The notes below the pieces were generated by a model. It made no database searches and was not told the origin of the DNA. It was given only the letters and a program-made list of their open reading frames with translations. From Phoronis australis (Eukaryota > Animalia > Phoronida), in NCBI GenBank assembly GCA_002633005.1, contig NMRA01000801.1:1-64000 (forward strand): a stretch of 64,000 bases of DNA, written 5' to 3'. Positions 36,159 through 49,284 of the stretch are shown piece after piece (the stretch's first letter is position 1; every line of letters starts with the position of its first letter). Both the position numbers and the translations under genes were made by a program.

Positions 36159-36893
36159 GTGTCCTTCATGAGGTCACAACCACAAAGCATGTTTGAGAAT
36201 ACTAACACCAACATGTCAGCCTCATTCACGGACTCTCCGGACAGTGGTCACCGTGAGATGTCATCTGACAGCTTGGCTAATGCTGCTGCCAACACCGCCA
36301 GCACTGGCCAGTCACAGGATTTGTGGTACAAGCCAACCAATCATACAGGGTTCCCCAACGCCAACAGCCAGCCTGTCAAAGTGAACCCGGCATCTGCGAC
36401 GGCGACGTTTTCACCCCGAACCACCTCCAGGCAGAACAGCAGTGGTGGACAGGAAACGGTGATTGTGCCGCTGGGTCGTAAAGATGCAACTGGAAATAAC
36501 CTGAATTTGTCACCGGCACCAAAGATAACACCACCTACAAGTGGTAATGGGCGTTCACCTCGTAAGTCTACCATGGTAACCAATTTGGATCAAGCTGCGA
36601 GGGACCGGAGGTCTGCTTCCAGTGAGTCGGGCAGTGTCCCGGAGAAAAGCTCGTCAGAGAGTGGAACAGAAGATCCCTACAGAGGTCACTATGCCAGTAA
36701 TAAGTCGGCCACGTTTACATCTGCAAAGAACAAGGGGATTTTGTCCACTGAGGCTGTCCAACAGACGAATGACCTGAATAAGTCTAGTGATACCGTTGGA
36801 AGCTTAAATCTGTCAGCATATTCTGAAGACGCAAATGTTTCACTGCGATTGGATAATATGACATTAGAAGAATTTGAGGCTTTGGAAAGTTAA
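36159..36893 (+). CDS. NOS1AP: NOS1AP terminal coding exon (Ser/Thr-rich; DSPDSGHREMSSDSL; ends EEFEALES*)
   Basis: cctacag acceptor in phase 0; 244 open codons; AATAAA at 37054-37059. Confidence 0.85.
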   Translation: MSFMRSQPQSMFENTNTNMSASFTDSPDSGHREMSSDSLANAAANTASTGQSQDLWYKPTNHTGFPNANSQPVKVNPASATATFSPRTTSRQNSSGGQETVIVPLGRKDATGNNLNLSPAPKITPPTSGNGRSPRKSTMVTNLDQAARDRRSASSESGSVPEKSSSESGTEDPYRGHYASNKSATFTSAKNKGILSTEAVQQTNDLNKSSDTVGSLNLSAYSEDANVSLRLDNMTLEEFEALES

Positions 36894-39138
36894 TTTTGTT
36901 GGTTGTTAGATTTAGCAGTAGACTATTTATGGCTTCTGCAACTGTAATATTTGGCAAAACTGTAATGTTTGGCAATACTAATATTTGTCAAAATATATAA
37001 TTATCTACATGTTCAGCAGCTATTGTTTGAATGTTTTTATATTTTTTTATGGGAATAAAGTGAATTTTTCGTAAAAAGCTGGCACAAATTATGACTTCCC
37101 AGAAATTAGGCTTATGTCTTTAATGCATCTTACAGTGTTGGAATAATGATTGTATAAATATGTTGTATGATTCATAAGCAATGTGTTTGTGTCATAGTAT
37201 AATGGCTGAATTGAGGTGTGGAATCCCTGTTGGCTATTTTGGCAAGTTTTACTGACGTGTTGTTATTTACAAAATGAGTTGGATGTATATCTAGGTCAAG
37301 TATTCAGGTGTATTTCTGGTGACTGTTTTTCTTGCCAGCGTGACTGTTTTTTTAGTGTTCACTGTTTAGCTAAAATGTTATTTTGGTGTGGGACATTTTG
37401 AGGCCAATTTAAAAAAAGTTGGATACATTGTGAATTTTGATCACCAACAATTAAGACTGCGTCCTTTATGATTAGTCACCGGTATAGGACATAATATGGC
37501 AGACGAGTGAATGTTAACTTGGAGTAAAACCAAGTCATTGTTGCACCATGGTTTGATATCAGACGAGGTTGCTATGGGCATTCTCAGCCATGTTAAAAAT
37601 GCTTTGACCTTTGTTAGTAATTGGTGGGAATTTGATGTAGCGACTTGGTAACATTTTTGTGGAAGTTGGCATTTTCCAAATGCGTTTATGATCAAGCTTT
37701 TTAGCATCAGTAAAACGTTGCTTGTGTAGTCACATTTGTTAAAAAACGTATTTCATGATTAATCAGAAATCATGACATTTATGTGTAAATACTCAGCAGA
37801 AATGATGATTTTTTGTTTTAACTGACCTTTTATCCATGTAAATAAGCTGGTGAGAAATGATAACAATGGATTAAGCTAAGCTTTAAGTGTGTATATTTGA
37901 ACAGCAAGTTGTCAGTCTTTCTGATGTATGCATTTTATCATGCGAAAACTGCAGGTGTTGTATATGAAAGAGAAAGCAACTGTTTGTTGTGTTGCCTTTA
38001 GTAAAACTATAGATCCGTGGTTATATTGGAAATATATTGTCCATGTTACTAAGCATTCTCTTGATGTGTGTCTATTATACATCTTGGTTCTGCATTCAAT
38101 TGCACTGAGCAAACACAGTGACTGATGTAGAGTGTTCATGTACAAGCGGGACATTGACTGATGAAGAATGTGTTCATGTACAAGCAGGACATTGACCGAT
38201 TGCAGCGGCAGGATGTTGGACTGTCCACGTCACATTCTGTTGTTCCTTTGTTATTAAAACAGAAATATGCATCTTCAACATAACCACAATCTTGCATTTT
38301 TACTTTTTAACGCAATTTAAAAGCGGTTTCGTTCCCCTTTAATTGAACATGCATGGGATGCTTCAAAATATGGATCGCAATCGAGATTGTTTTCCATCTT
38401 TTTGAACCACCCTTTGTTGACGTATTATTGTGACCCATTTATTGTTAATAAGGTCATAAGATCATGTACAATGAGATTATCATGTAATTAAGTCACGTCG
38501 TTACGACATCAGCTATGTAGTCATCAATGTGTATTGAGATATGTTAGGTTATTGTCATGTGTGTACAGTTCCTAGTATTCCCTAAAGGTGGCGTACATGG
38601 GTAGACTGGTAGCAAGGAGTAATAACCAAATACAGTGAAGTTTCTATCTGATGCAAACTTGTGTGTGCTTTTATTTTCAATTTAGATTCTGAATAGTTTG
38701 GCAACTGCCTTTCTTGTAAACAAAACTGTAAACACAAGAAAGTGTTGTGTGTAGCTTAGTTTGCTGCAAAATGGAAAACAAACTGCATTTCTTGTAGTTG
38801 TAGTTTGTTGTAACCAAATCAACTTGAAGAATAGAACTTTGTAAGCAAACCAGGGTACAATTCAGTAATGCCAGGACCTCACTAAAAATCAAGACTTGGC
38901 AAGATATTGCCTTGCGTATTACATGAGAACACATGATTTTGGCCATACTTCTCTAATGGCGAGACAGCTACTGAAATCTATACCCAGATGTCAACCATAG
39001 TTTTTACGAGGGTAGACTCTAGAAACACCATTTCTTGAACCACCAGCATTTAACATAAATTCCCAATTTGCATTCTGAGCCCAAATTTTGGTAGACGAAG
39101 TGTGAATATAGGACACTTGTACTGAGAGACATACACAC

Positions 39139-39747
39139 CAGTGACAGATCTAGGTTATCAGGGGGGGGGGGGCAACATTCATTTTGTGATAGATCTCCAA
39201 CGCACTAACACAAAAATACACGCAGATGATTAGGTGCAACATAACAAATGCCAAATTTTTTCAGCCAGTTTTACTATTTATTTTGTCGGCAGCCAACGGG
39301 GAGGGGGCTGGGCCCGGCTGCATGAACAGTCCCAAATAGGAACTCCACTAAGTTCCCTCAATATACAACATATTTCAGGCCTTTCTTGTATTGTTTTAGT
39401 TTTATTAATAAATTAACTTTTGACTTTGATACAAATCGAGAGTGAACTCTACATTAAACTGTCAACATTATTGAAAATAAGTAGGGATCTTTTCACGCAA
39501 CGCTCCCAATTTAAGGACTAAGTCTTTATTTATTTTCAATGAACTCTGGGCTCGGTTTTTATTTATATTATTAGAAAATTTCATTAATCAAAGAGGAGCT
39601 CATAATAAAGATAAATTGATAGAAAAATATTGAATCTGTGTGCCCATCAAGACACAAATATCCAAAAAGACTTGGGGACCTTAGCTGAGTCCCTATTTGG
39701 GACTGTTTCATGCAACTAGGCACTGGGCTCCTCGAAATCCACCACTG
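39139..39747. mobile_element. Degenerate hAT-like MITE with a nested MITE (about 39318-39719)
   Basis: Outer ends CAGTGACAGATCT / AAATCCACCACTG, flanks CACAC / CACAT; inner inverted repeat TGCATGAACAGTCCCAAATAGG / CCTATTTGGGACTGTTTCATGCA. Confidence 0.55.
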
Positions 39748-40512
39748 CACATTTCAAACAACCTTGTGAAACAAAACTCTCGTCAACCAGTCCTTAAAGA
39801 CACTCTGGTGAGTGGAAACATTTAAAGGTTTTAGGAAATGTTTACTGTATTCGCCCTTACAAGTGCCCAGTGAAATCGAGTTTCACTGTTGTATTACACT
39901 ACAATGGTTAAAAGACTGGGAAGTGCTCCAATGGGCATCATTTTAGCTATGACTGGTCACTTTCAACAGTTCTGTCTTTGATTTTCACTGACATGCAGTC
40001 CACGAAAGTGGTTGATGAAGTTTGGTGAATACAGTAAAGACTGCTGCAGTTGAATTTGCGTAACTTTCTGTCAATGGCCATGATTTAAACATTTTTACAG
40101 TAATTGTACGAATGTTGGAAATTTTAACAGGAAATAAAAACATAGAATATTGCGCAATAAATAGTACAAACAAAAGGTAAGCAAAACCTAACTACATGTT
40201 AATAAAAATCAAATGGAAAAATGGTTAATATTTTAATAACTGGTTAAAAACCAGGCACAACCTTGAGTCACAACTTACACGCTGCAAGTGGATATCGTCC
40301 CTTATAGGAGTCCCTGACTTTGAGAACCAGTCTGGTGCATATTACTCAGTGGAAGAAACTGGTTCTCAAAACGTTGGACCCCCATAAGTGACTTATTACC
40401 TTACAAGCTTCATATGCAATAAATTTAATTTAAAAAAACCTAGTAGATGCTCATTAATTGACACTTAGTCTACAACTTGAAAAGTATGCCTGGTTACTCT
40501 CCTGCAACAAGA

Positions 40513-40790
40513 GAAGCCACGTACAATATAGTGCAGACCTCACAATGAAGCCACGTACAATATAGTGCAGACCTCACAATGAAGCCACGTATAATATATT
40601 GCACACCTCACAATGAAGCCATGTACAATATAGTGCGGACCTCACAATGAAGCCGCGTACAATATAGTGCAGACCTCACAATGAAGCCACGTATAATATA
40701 TTGCACACCTCACAATGAAGCCATGTACAATATAGTGCGGACCTCACAATGAAGCCGCGTACAATATAGTGCAGACCTCACAATGAAGCC
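40513..40790. repeat. 34-bp minisatellite
   Basis: Unit GAAGCCACGTACAATATAGTGCAGACCTCACAAT, about 8 copies. Confidence 0.95.
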
Positions 40791-41517
40791 CAGTGGCCTG
40801 TAAAACAAAGTGCTTACAATGGCAAGACAAGATTCCTTTCACTTTTCATTTTTCCAACAAGAGTAAAAAGCTTCCACCACAGCACTAACCGTTAGATAAC
40901 GTTAGATAACGTTAGATAACAGCAGAATTAGTTCTGGTCTGTTTTGTGAAAACTGATGCAGTGAATCATTGTTTTTTAGTTGTTCATATTTCAAAAAAGA
41001 ATATATCAACTTATACCAGATGAAAAGGGTCGCCATCTTCGTTTTTTACCCAGTGCCACCTGGTGTCCGCTTTGAGGTGCAAGTTACAAAATGGGTCGGG
41101 CACAGATCAGAACCTAGCATACTTATGTCTTAAAATGTCCCCTGTAAATATACAACTTGATACTAGATTCTTACTTTGTCACAAACAAATGGTCCAATAT
41201 TGGAACATCAAATCCAAAAAATTGCCACTCGATAAAATTTGACAGATGCTCTTCAAATTTGTATCTGATCATATCAAAATAACTACTGACGAACACTTCA
41301 TGTGCGAAGGATAAATAAATAAATTAGATCCATATTCTGGGACTAGGTAAACACGCCCGTAACATAAGCAACAGACCTCGACTACTTTCAATATCAACAG
41401 GCTACCATTGGTATCTACTAAACATAATGTGTACAAAATTGCACTATCTCTACAGTGTATGTATATAAGAGTAAAAAGTGCCTGCACTATAATTGCACTA
41501 TCTCTACAGTGCCTGCA

Positions 41518-42057
41518 CTATAATTCTAAATTATCTAATGCTTTCTCCATTTCATCACTGAAAGCATCCTTATTGACACCTTTGGTTTGCACAGCCCTCT
41601 TTTCAAAGTTATTTTCTGAGTCAACCATAGCACCATATCCCAACACGAAACTGTCACCATCAGCCATGCGACCTTGACTCAGTTCTGAGCTCATTTGCAT
41701 ATGACCTTCTCCATCCACACTGCCATCTCCATGCGCCAAATTACAAGAACTGACGATGGGAATTCCTTGCTCATCTACAATTTCACCACTGTCCTCGAAA
41801 ATCGGACGGTATTGCGATGACAGCTGGTAGCGAAATTTTCCATTTTCAGTCAATGTCGTGTCCATGTCCATATCGGACTCTGTCTCACTATCTGACTCTT
41901 GGCCTACTTTGTTAATGTCGAGCGTTGAGAAAGTCAACTTCTTATGTGCAGATAGGCGGAGCTGTACCACCTCGTCCTCCAGGTCGGCGATCTGGTTTTC
42001 AAGGTCCTGAGTGTGTGAGTGAGTTGTCAACTGGGCTGAGGTCAGCAATTCTTGGTT
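41518..42057 (-). CDS. EVI5: EVI5 terminal coding exon (NQELLTSAQL...DLENQIADLEDEVVQLRL...LDNLEL*)
   Basis: ctctttacag acceptor, phase 0; 180 codons including stop; coiled coil followed by acidic tail. Confidence 0.88.
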   Translation of the reverse strand, partial: NQELLTSAQLTTHSHTQDLENQIADLEDEVVQLRLSAHKKLTFSTLDINKVGQESDSETESDMDMDTTLTENGKFRYQLSSQYRPIFEDSGEIVDEQGIPIVSSCNLAHGDGSVDGEGHMQMSSELSQGRMADGDSFVLGYGAMVDSENNFEKRAVQTKGVNKDAFSDEMEKALDNLEL

Positions 42058-42809
42058 CTGTAAAGAGCAAAGAGAACACTAACAAACAGAATTAAGAGAA
42101 TTAACATTTCATCACTGGATACTGGAACTAGAAAACTGACACATTGCCTGGCATGCTGTGAGTAGACTTTCCTATATGACACAAAGTTCATAGTCAAGTG
42201 TTCCCTAACATTTGTTTTGCAAATTAAAATCATGAAATCTTGATACCCATCACCATGGAAACATGAGTGAAGAACAGGCTATTAATGCCAAAACATGTAG
42301 TCTGCAACAATCATATCCAAAATTAAAAAGCAAAATACTAAAGGAAGTCCCATTGTAAACAATGTATCACAGAACTCTATTTACAGTAAAGTCTCATAGT
42401 AAACAGCGTATCACAAAACTGTGCTTACAGTAAAGTCTCATTGTAAACAGCATATCACATAACTCTGCTTACAGCTCTGCTTACAGTAAAGTCCCATTGT
42501 AAACAGCGTATCACATAACTCTGCTTACAGTAAAATCTCACCAATTTAGGACACACTACGGCAGACAAGTGAAATTTGATTCTCCACTCCTTGAAAAAAC
42601 ACTAGTAGACTACAATATTTGTTCATCGTTTCTAAATTCTATTACATAGCTACCATCAGGCAGTGCTTTGAAAAACAAATCCACGATGAAAATGAAAGGT
42701 GCATTAACATCACATATGTACATGTCAGATTTCATTGACATCAGTTAATAGGCTTTGTTTAGATATCAGCAAGAATTACTCTTTCCCCAAAACATCACAT
42801 GAAAACCCC

Positions 42810-43020
42810 TTGAGAACAAAATGGCCACTAGGAGGTGCTGCAGTAGTTGATATCATCCGGAAACATTCTTCACCCCACAATACAGAAAAAGTCACGCCCC
42901 CTAATCCCAGGGGGTGGGGCAGATTGAAAAGTAACACGAACCATTCTAGTGATGCCATACAACCTTGTGTGAAATTTCATTAAAATCCGATGAGCATTTT
43001 TAAGATATCAAGCGGACAAC
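42810..43020 (+). repeat. Fragment of a Helentron-type repeat
   Basis: Shares GCCACTAGGAGGTGC and AAATTTCATTAAAATCCG motifs with units in 51223-52290. Confidence 0.55.
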
Positions 43021-43157
43021 CAGATGCACAACAAACATGTGATCACACATATGTATAATTGGGTACACAAAAATGAAAGATGAAATGAAAAATGCACTAA
43101 CAGCGACTTCAGACAACAACAGTTTGATACTGTTTGACTCGTAGATGACCACTGTAC

Positions 43158-43253
43158 CTTAATCTCAAGTTCGGCTATTTTCTGCCTCATTTCAGCGATT
43201 GCTTGAGAGTGTTCAGCAGCTCGTATCTTCTGCATAACTTCTTCTTCCTTGTG
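43158..43253 (-). CDS. EVI5: EVI5 exon (HKEEEVMQKIRAAEHSQAIAEMRQKIAELEIK)
   Basis: Resembles EVI5 KEEVMAVRLREAD...ELRQHIAELEIQ; tatgcag / gtacag; 96 nt. Confidence 0.9.
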
Positions 43254-43614
43254 CTGCATACAAGAACAGAGTCTTTGAGAAACAGTTTAATTTTTTTTAA
43301 ATTTCAAAGCAGTATGAAAAAGTAAAATACCGGTCTTTACACATAGTCCCTTTAAGATACCTTCCAAACATAAACATAAACCTTGATCTAGCCTTTCATT
43401 GCCAATACACAATTCTCCAAATTCCCAAACCATCGCTAAAACTTTCCATTTTCACCAACCGTATTCTCCACATCCCAAAGAGTCTCACCAACTTTCCACT
43501 TCCACCTACCCATTTCTCTACATTCAAAAAATGTCATTCCAACATTCCACTCACACTTACCATATTCCACTCACACCTACCCTGTTGTACTCACCCTATT
43601 CCACTCTAACTCAC

Positions 43615-43761
43615 CCTATTCTCCACATCCCCAAACCGTCGTTCCCACTGCTGAATCTCACTCTTGAGTATCTTCTCGCGCTCCTCTGACTCGACTAGCC
43701 TCTCTTTCACAGATGCATTCTCCTCGTCCAATCTCTTGATTTGGTGCGAGCAGATGTGAGT
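43615..43761 (-). CDS. EVI5: EVI5 exon (THICSHQIKRLDEEN...FGDVENR)
   Basis: tgtatag / gtgagt; 147 nt, open, coiled coil. Confidence 0.88.
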
Positions 43762-44582
43762 CTATACAAAAGAATACAGAAGATTAAATACCTACAGCAG
43801 CGCCACCTCAATGTCTGCTTAAGCGCAACATCCTTACACGCTTAAGGAAAACGCCCTCTTTTGTCAGGGCTTGTAATGACCAATGACAAAAAACGCGGAA
43901 ACTTTGAAACTTTTACGGCCCAAATCATGCCCGATAACGAGCCTTGAAATGGTCAATGTGAACCTTTCGCTGACAAAAATCGGGAGGACTAAAAAAAAAA
44001 AAAAAACGTTACCACCAGCAGTAGCATGCGTCTGCGTCCTTTTTTAGCTCGCCCGTCCACTCCCAACCCACACATTTTTGGCTGCGGAGCGGTAGTATTT
44101 GTCACCGCGCTTAACAATAACACGAGACGCCATTGAAAATCCCACCACGCTGTCCCAGATGCCCCGGCAATGTTGACAATTTACGTTCCTCCGATACATA
44201 AAGAGCAACTTCCGCTTTTCGAGGTGAACGTCGTCTGCAACGCCGCGGTAAGAAAGGAATTTGCCGCGGAAATTTTATATCATATCCGATTTTTTTACGC
44301 GGAAATATTATAAAAAAAGCGGAAAGCACATTTGAAAAAAGTGGAAATCCACGTTTCCGCGGAAAATTCCAAGCCCTGTTTTGTGCATATTACAACTAAC
44401 CGATGAAAGGACACCGTTAACTGAGCAAACAATTTAGGTAGGAATCTCAACCACAATGCATTGAGGCACCAGAAGGTATTGCTGGGCGGAGATTTCAATG
44501 AAACTACAAAGCATCATTCACAGCCTGATTGACAGAAGTGTGTTGACATGAAATAATCAAAACAATTTCTTATCAACACAAG

Positions 44583-44808
44583 TCCCATGACCAAATTATC
44601 CAATGGTCCATCCCATGACCAAATTATCCAATGGTCCATCCCATGACCAAATTATCCAATGGTCCATCCCATGACCAAATTATCCAATGGTCCATCCCAT
44701 GGCCAAATTATCCAATGGTCCATCCCATGACCAAGTTATCCAATGGTCCATCCCATGACCAAGTTATCCAATGGTCCATCCCATGACCAAATTATCCAAT
44801 GGTCCATC
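44583..44808. repeat. 28-bp minisatellite
   Basis: Unit TCCCATGACCAAATTATCCAATGGTCCA, 8 copies. Confidence 0.95.
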
Positions 44809-44972
44809 CTATCATAAAACACTCCTGTCTCAGATGCTTACACTACACTAACCACAACATGCCAATGCTTTGACCACACAGCTGAATCTTCTTCTCATAC
44901 ATTTTAATCATGATTAACTACCATCAAAAGATACTGACTCAACAGCATAATGTTTAAGCTCCGCCCACTGAC

Positions 44973-45131
44973 CTGTGTTTCAAACTCCATGACCTTTTGC
45001 TTGGACTCCTTGAGGTCAGCTAGAGTCTCCGCCTCCCTCAGTTTCACAGTCATCAGTTCATCATGCAGTGCTTGAATCTGGCTCTTGGAGGCCTTAGAGT
45101 CCTTATAGCAGGCGTTTCTCTCTTGATATTT
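44973..45131 (-). CDS. EVI5: EVI5 exon (KYQERN...LHDELMTVKLREAETLADLKESKQKVMEFETQ)
   Basis: EVI5 DELMTxRLREAE repeat; tttttag / gtcagt; 159 nt. Confidence 0.92.
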
Positions 45132-45941
45132 CTAAAAAATCAAATGAAACTAGTCTAAGCTTAAAAACAGAAACATTACTATCTCCAAAGTTGTTTACTT
45201 GAATGACCTTTCAGGTACAACACAGATCTTTGTACATTCATGGTAGAACTCATCATACAAAGGTACTTAAGTTTGTACATGTGTAGCACTGGAGTACATT
45301 GTGTAGCACTTATCATCATGCAACTGGAGCACAGTGAAATGTTAGCAGCACTCCTTCAACTGCCAAGACCTAATGCGTGTAAATCTCTGCACTGAACATG
45401 AGCCATACTGACCCCAGAGCTCATATATAACTTGATTGGTAAAATTATGTGGAATGGAGAGTGTGTGACATGGGCACCGGTGTCAAGCAGGAAATGTGAG
45501 AGTGAAGTGAATATGGTATGAATTATACAATTTGGGACAATGAAAAGTTATTTTTTTGAGCAAGGTTGGAGCTTGTCCCAAATTCTAGAAATAGGCAATT
45601 CCCAAAGTGAAGATATTTTACTGTACTTAAAGTTCCAGGAAGAAAACAACAAAATGCAGTCACGAGAAAAGCTTTTGCTTTAGTCATAAGAACTTGGGTT
45701 GCTTGAATTTCCAAAAGAGACCTCAAAGTGAAAAAGCTCCCATAGAACAATCAATATGGAATGAAGGCACAGCGTCAATATTTGTGTTCAGTTCAAAAAT
45801 GTCAGGAAAACACTTCAACTAAAAAAACCCGGACGTTTCCTGCAAAGTACATAGAAATGAGCTTCAACAATTTTGCACACCATGTGTACGCCTATGTAAC
45901 AAGAAATCCATTTGCTCTCTGCCTCAGTTGCACACACTGAC

Positions 45942-46088
45942 CTGCCAAGACTGGTCTAGTTCATTAACTCTCTGTCTCAGTTCCTTCATAGACAGGTTAG
46001 CCTCAGCCTCCCTCAACTTGACTGCTATCAATTCATCCTGTATACCCTGTACTTTACTATCTGGATCTCGTCGTAGCTTGCTATTCTC
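45942..46088 (-). CDS. EVI5: EVI5 exon (ENSKLRRD...IQDELIAVKLREAEANLSMKELRQRVNELDQSWQ)
   Basis: Matches the EVI5 LQEELIAVKLREAEA motif; cttcag / gtcagt; 147 nt. Confidence 0.93.
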
Positions 46089-47565
46089 CTGAAGTAAACC
46101 AACTTTGGATTCACAATGGTAACCATAATGAAATTGGTCTCCTGAAGTAAACCAACTTTGGATTCACAATGGTAACCATAATGAAATTGGTCTCAAGTTA
46201 TTCTCAAGTCAAGTTGTTCTTAAGTCAAGTTTGAGGTGATTTCTGGGTTTCAAAATACTTGAAAGTTCATTAAGGCTCCAGATGAAGCTCTTGTAGTTGG
46301 CTTGTCATCTGAGTATAGAGTAAAATCAAGACTATAAAGTGGCATGTGGTCCAAATCGAATGTTCACTTGTTGGAATTATAAGATGAGAATGTGGACTTA
46401 TAGTCAGTTTGAGTAGAGAAAAATGAACACACCCAAGGTCACCAAAGACGGGGCAGATGTGGGACTTCAGCTAAAACGAGGGAAGTGGAGAGAACAGAAA
46501 ATGAAGAAATTCTACATTTTACTGATGTTTAAAAACAATAAATTTAAGACTTAGGGGAGGCAATATTAGCTTGGAGGAGAGGAAGTCATCGGGATATAGC
46601 TTTGAATAACAATTTTGTACATCTGACGGAAAGAAGTTGAGAAGATGTTGCAAAGTTTGAAGCCTGTTGTTTAGACCACACAAAATATTGAACTCAAAAA
46701 AGAAAGTCATCATCGAGTGTTACATAACAATCAAGTAAATCTATAAAGTCTTGATGTCTTGAGTGAATAATGGCACAGAAGAAAAAATTCGCTCAGGAAA
46801 CCTTATCATCGATCTCTCTTATTGTCATGCAGAGAATCACAGATAAAGAGCAAGCCATGCACTTCAGTATTTAATGTTCAGAACATGATGCTGTATCAGA
46901 CAATATTTTCATATCTCATTTTACCAATTCCACACCATCTACCAAAGTCAATAAGAGTCCATAGCCATAAAACAGAAATCATGGTCTAGAAAGTGCCAGC
47001 AGTATGTTGAAGCTAAAGAAACTGAAAATTCTATACAACATACATAATGTACGTTGTATAAATAATGTATGTGTACATAATGAGTATAAATAATGTATGT
47101 GTATATATTTATATAATGTATGTGTACATGTATACATATACATACACATATCCATATATATGTATAAATAACGTGTGTGTGTGTTTGTATGCGTGTGTAT
47201 ACATGTATACACATAATGTATGTGTATAAATAATGTATGCGTATATATTTATATAATGTATGTGTACATACTTTCTTTTAAAAAAATAGGTACTGTTTGA
47301 AATTTTCAAATAAAAGAGAATATTCTGTTATTAAAATTAATAAACAGGACTTGTAAAGAAATGAACATGTCTTTAATCTAATATTTTTGCAAAGCTGCAT
47401 TGTCCCAACTTTAAAATACTGCAGACATAAAACATCAACTTGATATGTATAATGTTACCGTTCCTACAGTTTCACACTGTGTGTACACAAGCCATTCTAT
47501 ATAAAGTTTGCTTTACAGTCTCGAGAAAGCATATCTACATATTAGACTGTATTGATTTCACTTAC

Positions 47566-47700
47566 ATCCTCAAGATGGCGCAGTTTGCCCCTGAGTTCCT
47601 GCACGGTACACGTGAGGCTCATGGCTCGCATGCGAGTGTCATCGAGTTCACCGCGCAGAATGCGCAGCACTTCCTCCTCATTGGAAGCGCTGCTGTCCTC
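47566..47700 (-). CDS. EVI5: EVI5 exon (EDSSASNEEEVLRILRGELDDTRMRAMSLTCTVQELRGKLRHLED)
   Basis: gacgccag / gtaagt; 135 nt, open, phase 0/0. Confidence 0.82.
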
Positions 47701-49059
47701 CTGGCGTCAACGGTAAGTGAAAAGGAAATGTAATAGTTAGACAGTGAACAGAATGAGTTAAAGCTCCACGCAGTGACAGGCTAGAAAAATATAGCTTTGG
47801 TTTATGTTTTGTGTTTTTTAACACGTTTTTAATTAGATTTGACAAATCTATGGATTGAACAGGTATTGTTGATTAGATGAGGGAGAAGATTCACTACTGC
47901 TAACATGACAGTTTGACATTTCAGGTTGTTCTAATCAGCACTGCGTGGGCCTTAAGGCTATAGGAACAGACAGGCAGCAGCACCAGGAAACTCGTCACCC
48001 GCACATGCAAGTTTCCCTAAGACAAAACCTTGCTCCCAAGCTACAAGTCTTCAGGTTTCAAACTGTGTCATACCAAATAGGGTTACCATAAACTGTATCC
48101 ATAAGTACTTATTGAATAATCTGAATCACTTTTGGTAGAAATTTCATAAGATTATTATTGGTAAACTTTTAGTTTTTGTACTTTTCTGAAAACTAGAATG
48201 TCGTGGTCTTAATAGTTCAAGATGAGAATCCAAAGTCTAACAAAATTTCCATAAACTGCACTGAATATGATGTCTGTCCAAAAGGAGCATCAAAACACAG
48301 CGTGAGACAGGCTTTGAGCAGTTTAAGAAAAATTATCTGGTTTGGTGATGAACAGTTCAGAAAGTCCAAGGCCTTCCCACCCAATGATAAGATGGAAATA
48401 CAGCCAACCACCACCATCACTACCACCCCCACCACCACCTAGGAATCAACGAACATGCCAGAACTACACAACAGGGGGTGGTTCTTCCTTACTCACTGCA
48501 TAAAACACACGAAAAGCCAGGCTCTAAATGACATTTGTCTCAAACTTAAAAAAAAACCCACGGAATGATATTCAACCCCAAACAGGCCATTGGCAATACA
48601 AAGAGTGTTGAAAGGACATCAACTTTCATAACCCTTCTGGAATTGGGCCGCTTAACGTCACTCACAGGTGACATGTTGATCAGTTTTGACCATAGAAACC
48701 AATTCCTTCGTTGGCAAAGTGATCCACAAGACCAGTTTGTTATAAGAGTTAATGATCCTGCTTCAAAACTTCTACATTGAGGAAGTGTGTAGTGAGAAAA
48801 TGTCCTTTCAAATGTTACCTCAGTTAGTCTTCCAATGACACAGAGGAGTTGACCATAGCCCAACCACAGCAATGTTGATTAGAAATGCATAGAACATTTA
48901 TGTGAATAATTTTTTCATTTTCACAAAAACTTACTTTGTGAGAAACTTACTTGGTACTTTGATGTGCAAAAATTAAATTTTCACTGCATTTACTTGTAAA
49001 ATAAAAATCCAAGCAGCAGAAAAACGTTTTATCCACACCCTGTACATGCCAAGGCTTAC

Positions 49060-49284
49060 CTTGACTTTCATTGCACTGATGACATCATTGGCCTCCTCTA
49101 GCTTTGACAGCGCCTCACTGTGTTGAGTGCGTAGTGTAGACAGTTCACGTTTGACCACAAACATATCCTCAGCCTCGTGGGCACGTGTCACCTGACCCTG
49201 GATCAGCCTATCGGCGAGCATCACATTTTCTTTCTCCAGGTTATCAATGCGGTGTTTCAATAGTTTATTCTCGGAACGAAGACG
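49060..49284 (-). CDS. EVI5: EVI5 exon (RLRSENKLLKHRIDNLEKENVMLADRLIQGQVTRAHEAE...)
   Basis: Matches EVI5 RLRTENRLLKQRIETLEKE...LADRLIQGQVTRAQEAE; ttccag / gtaagc. Confidence 0.95.
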
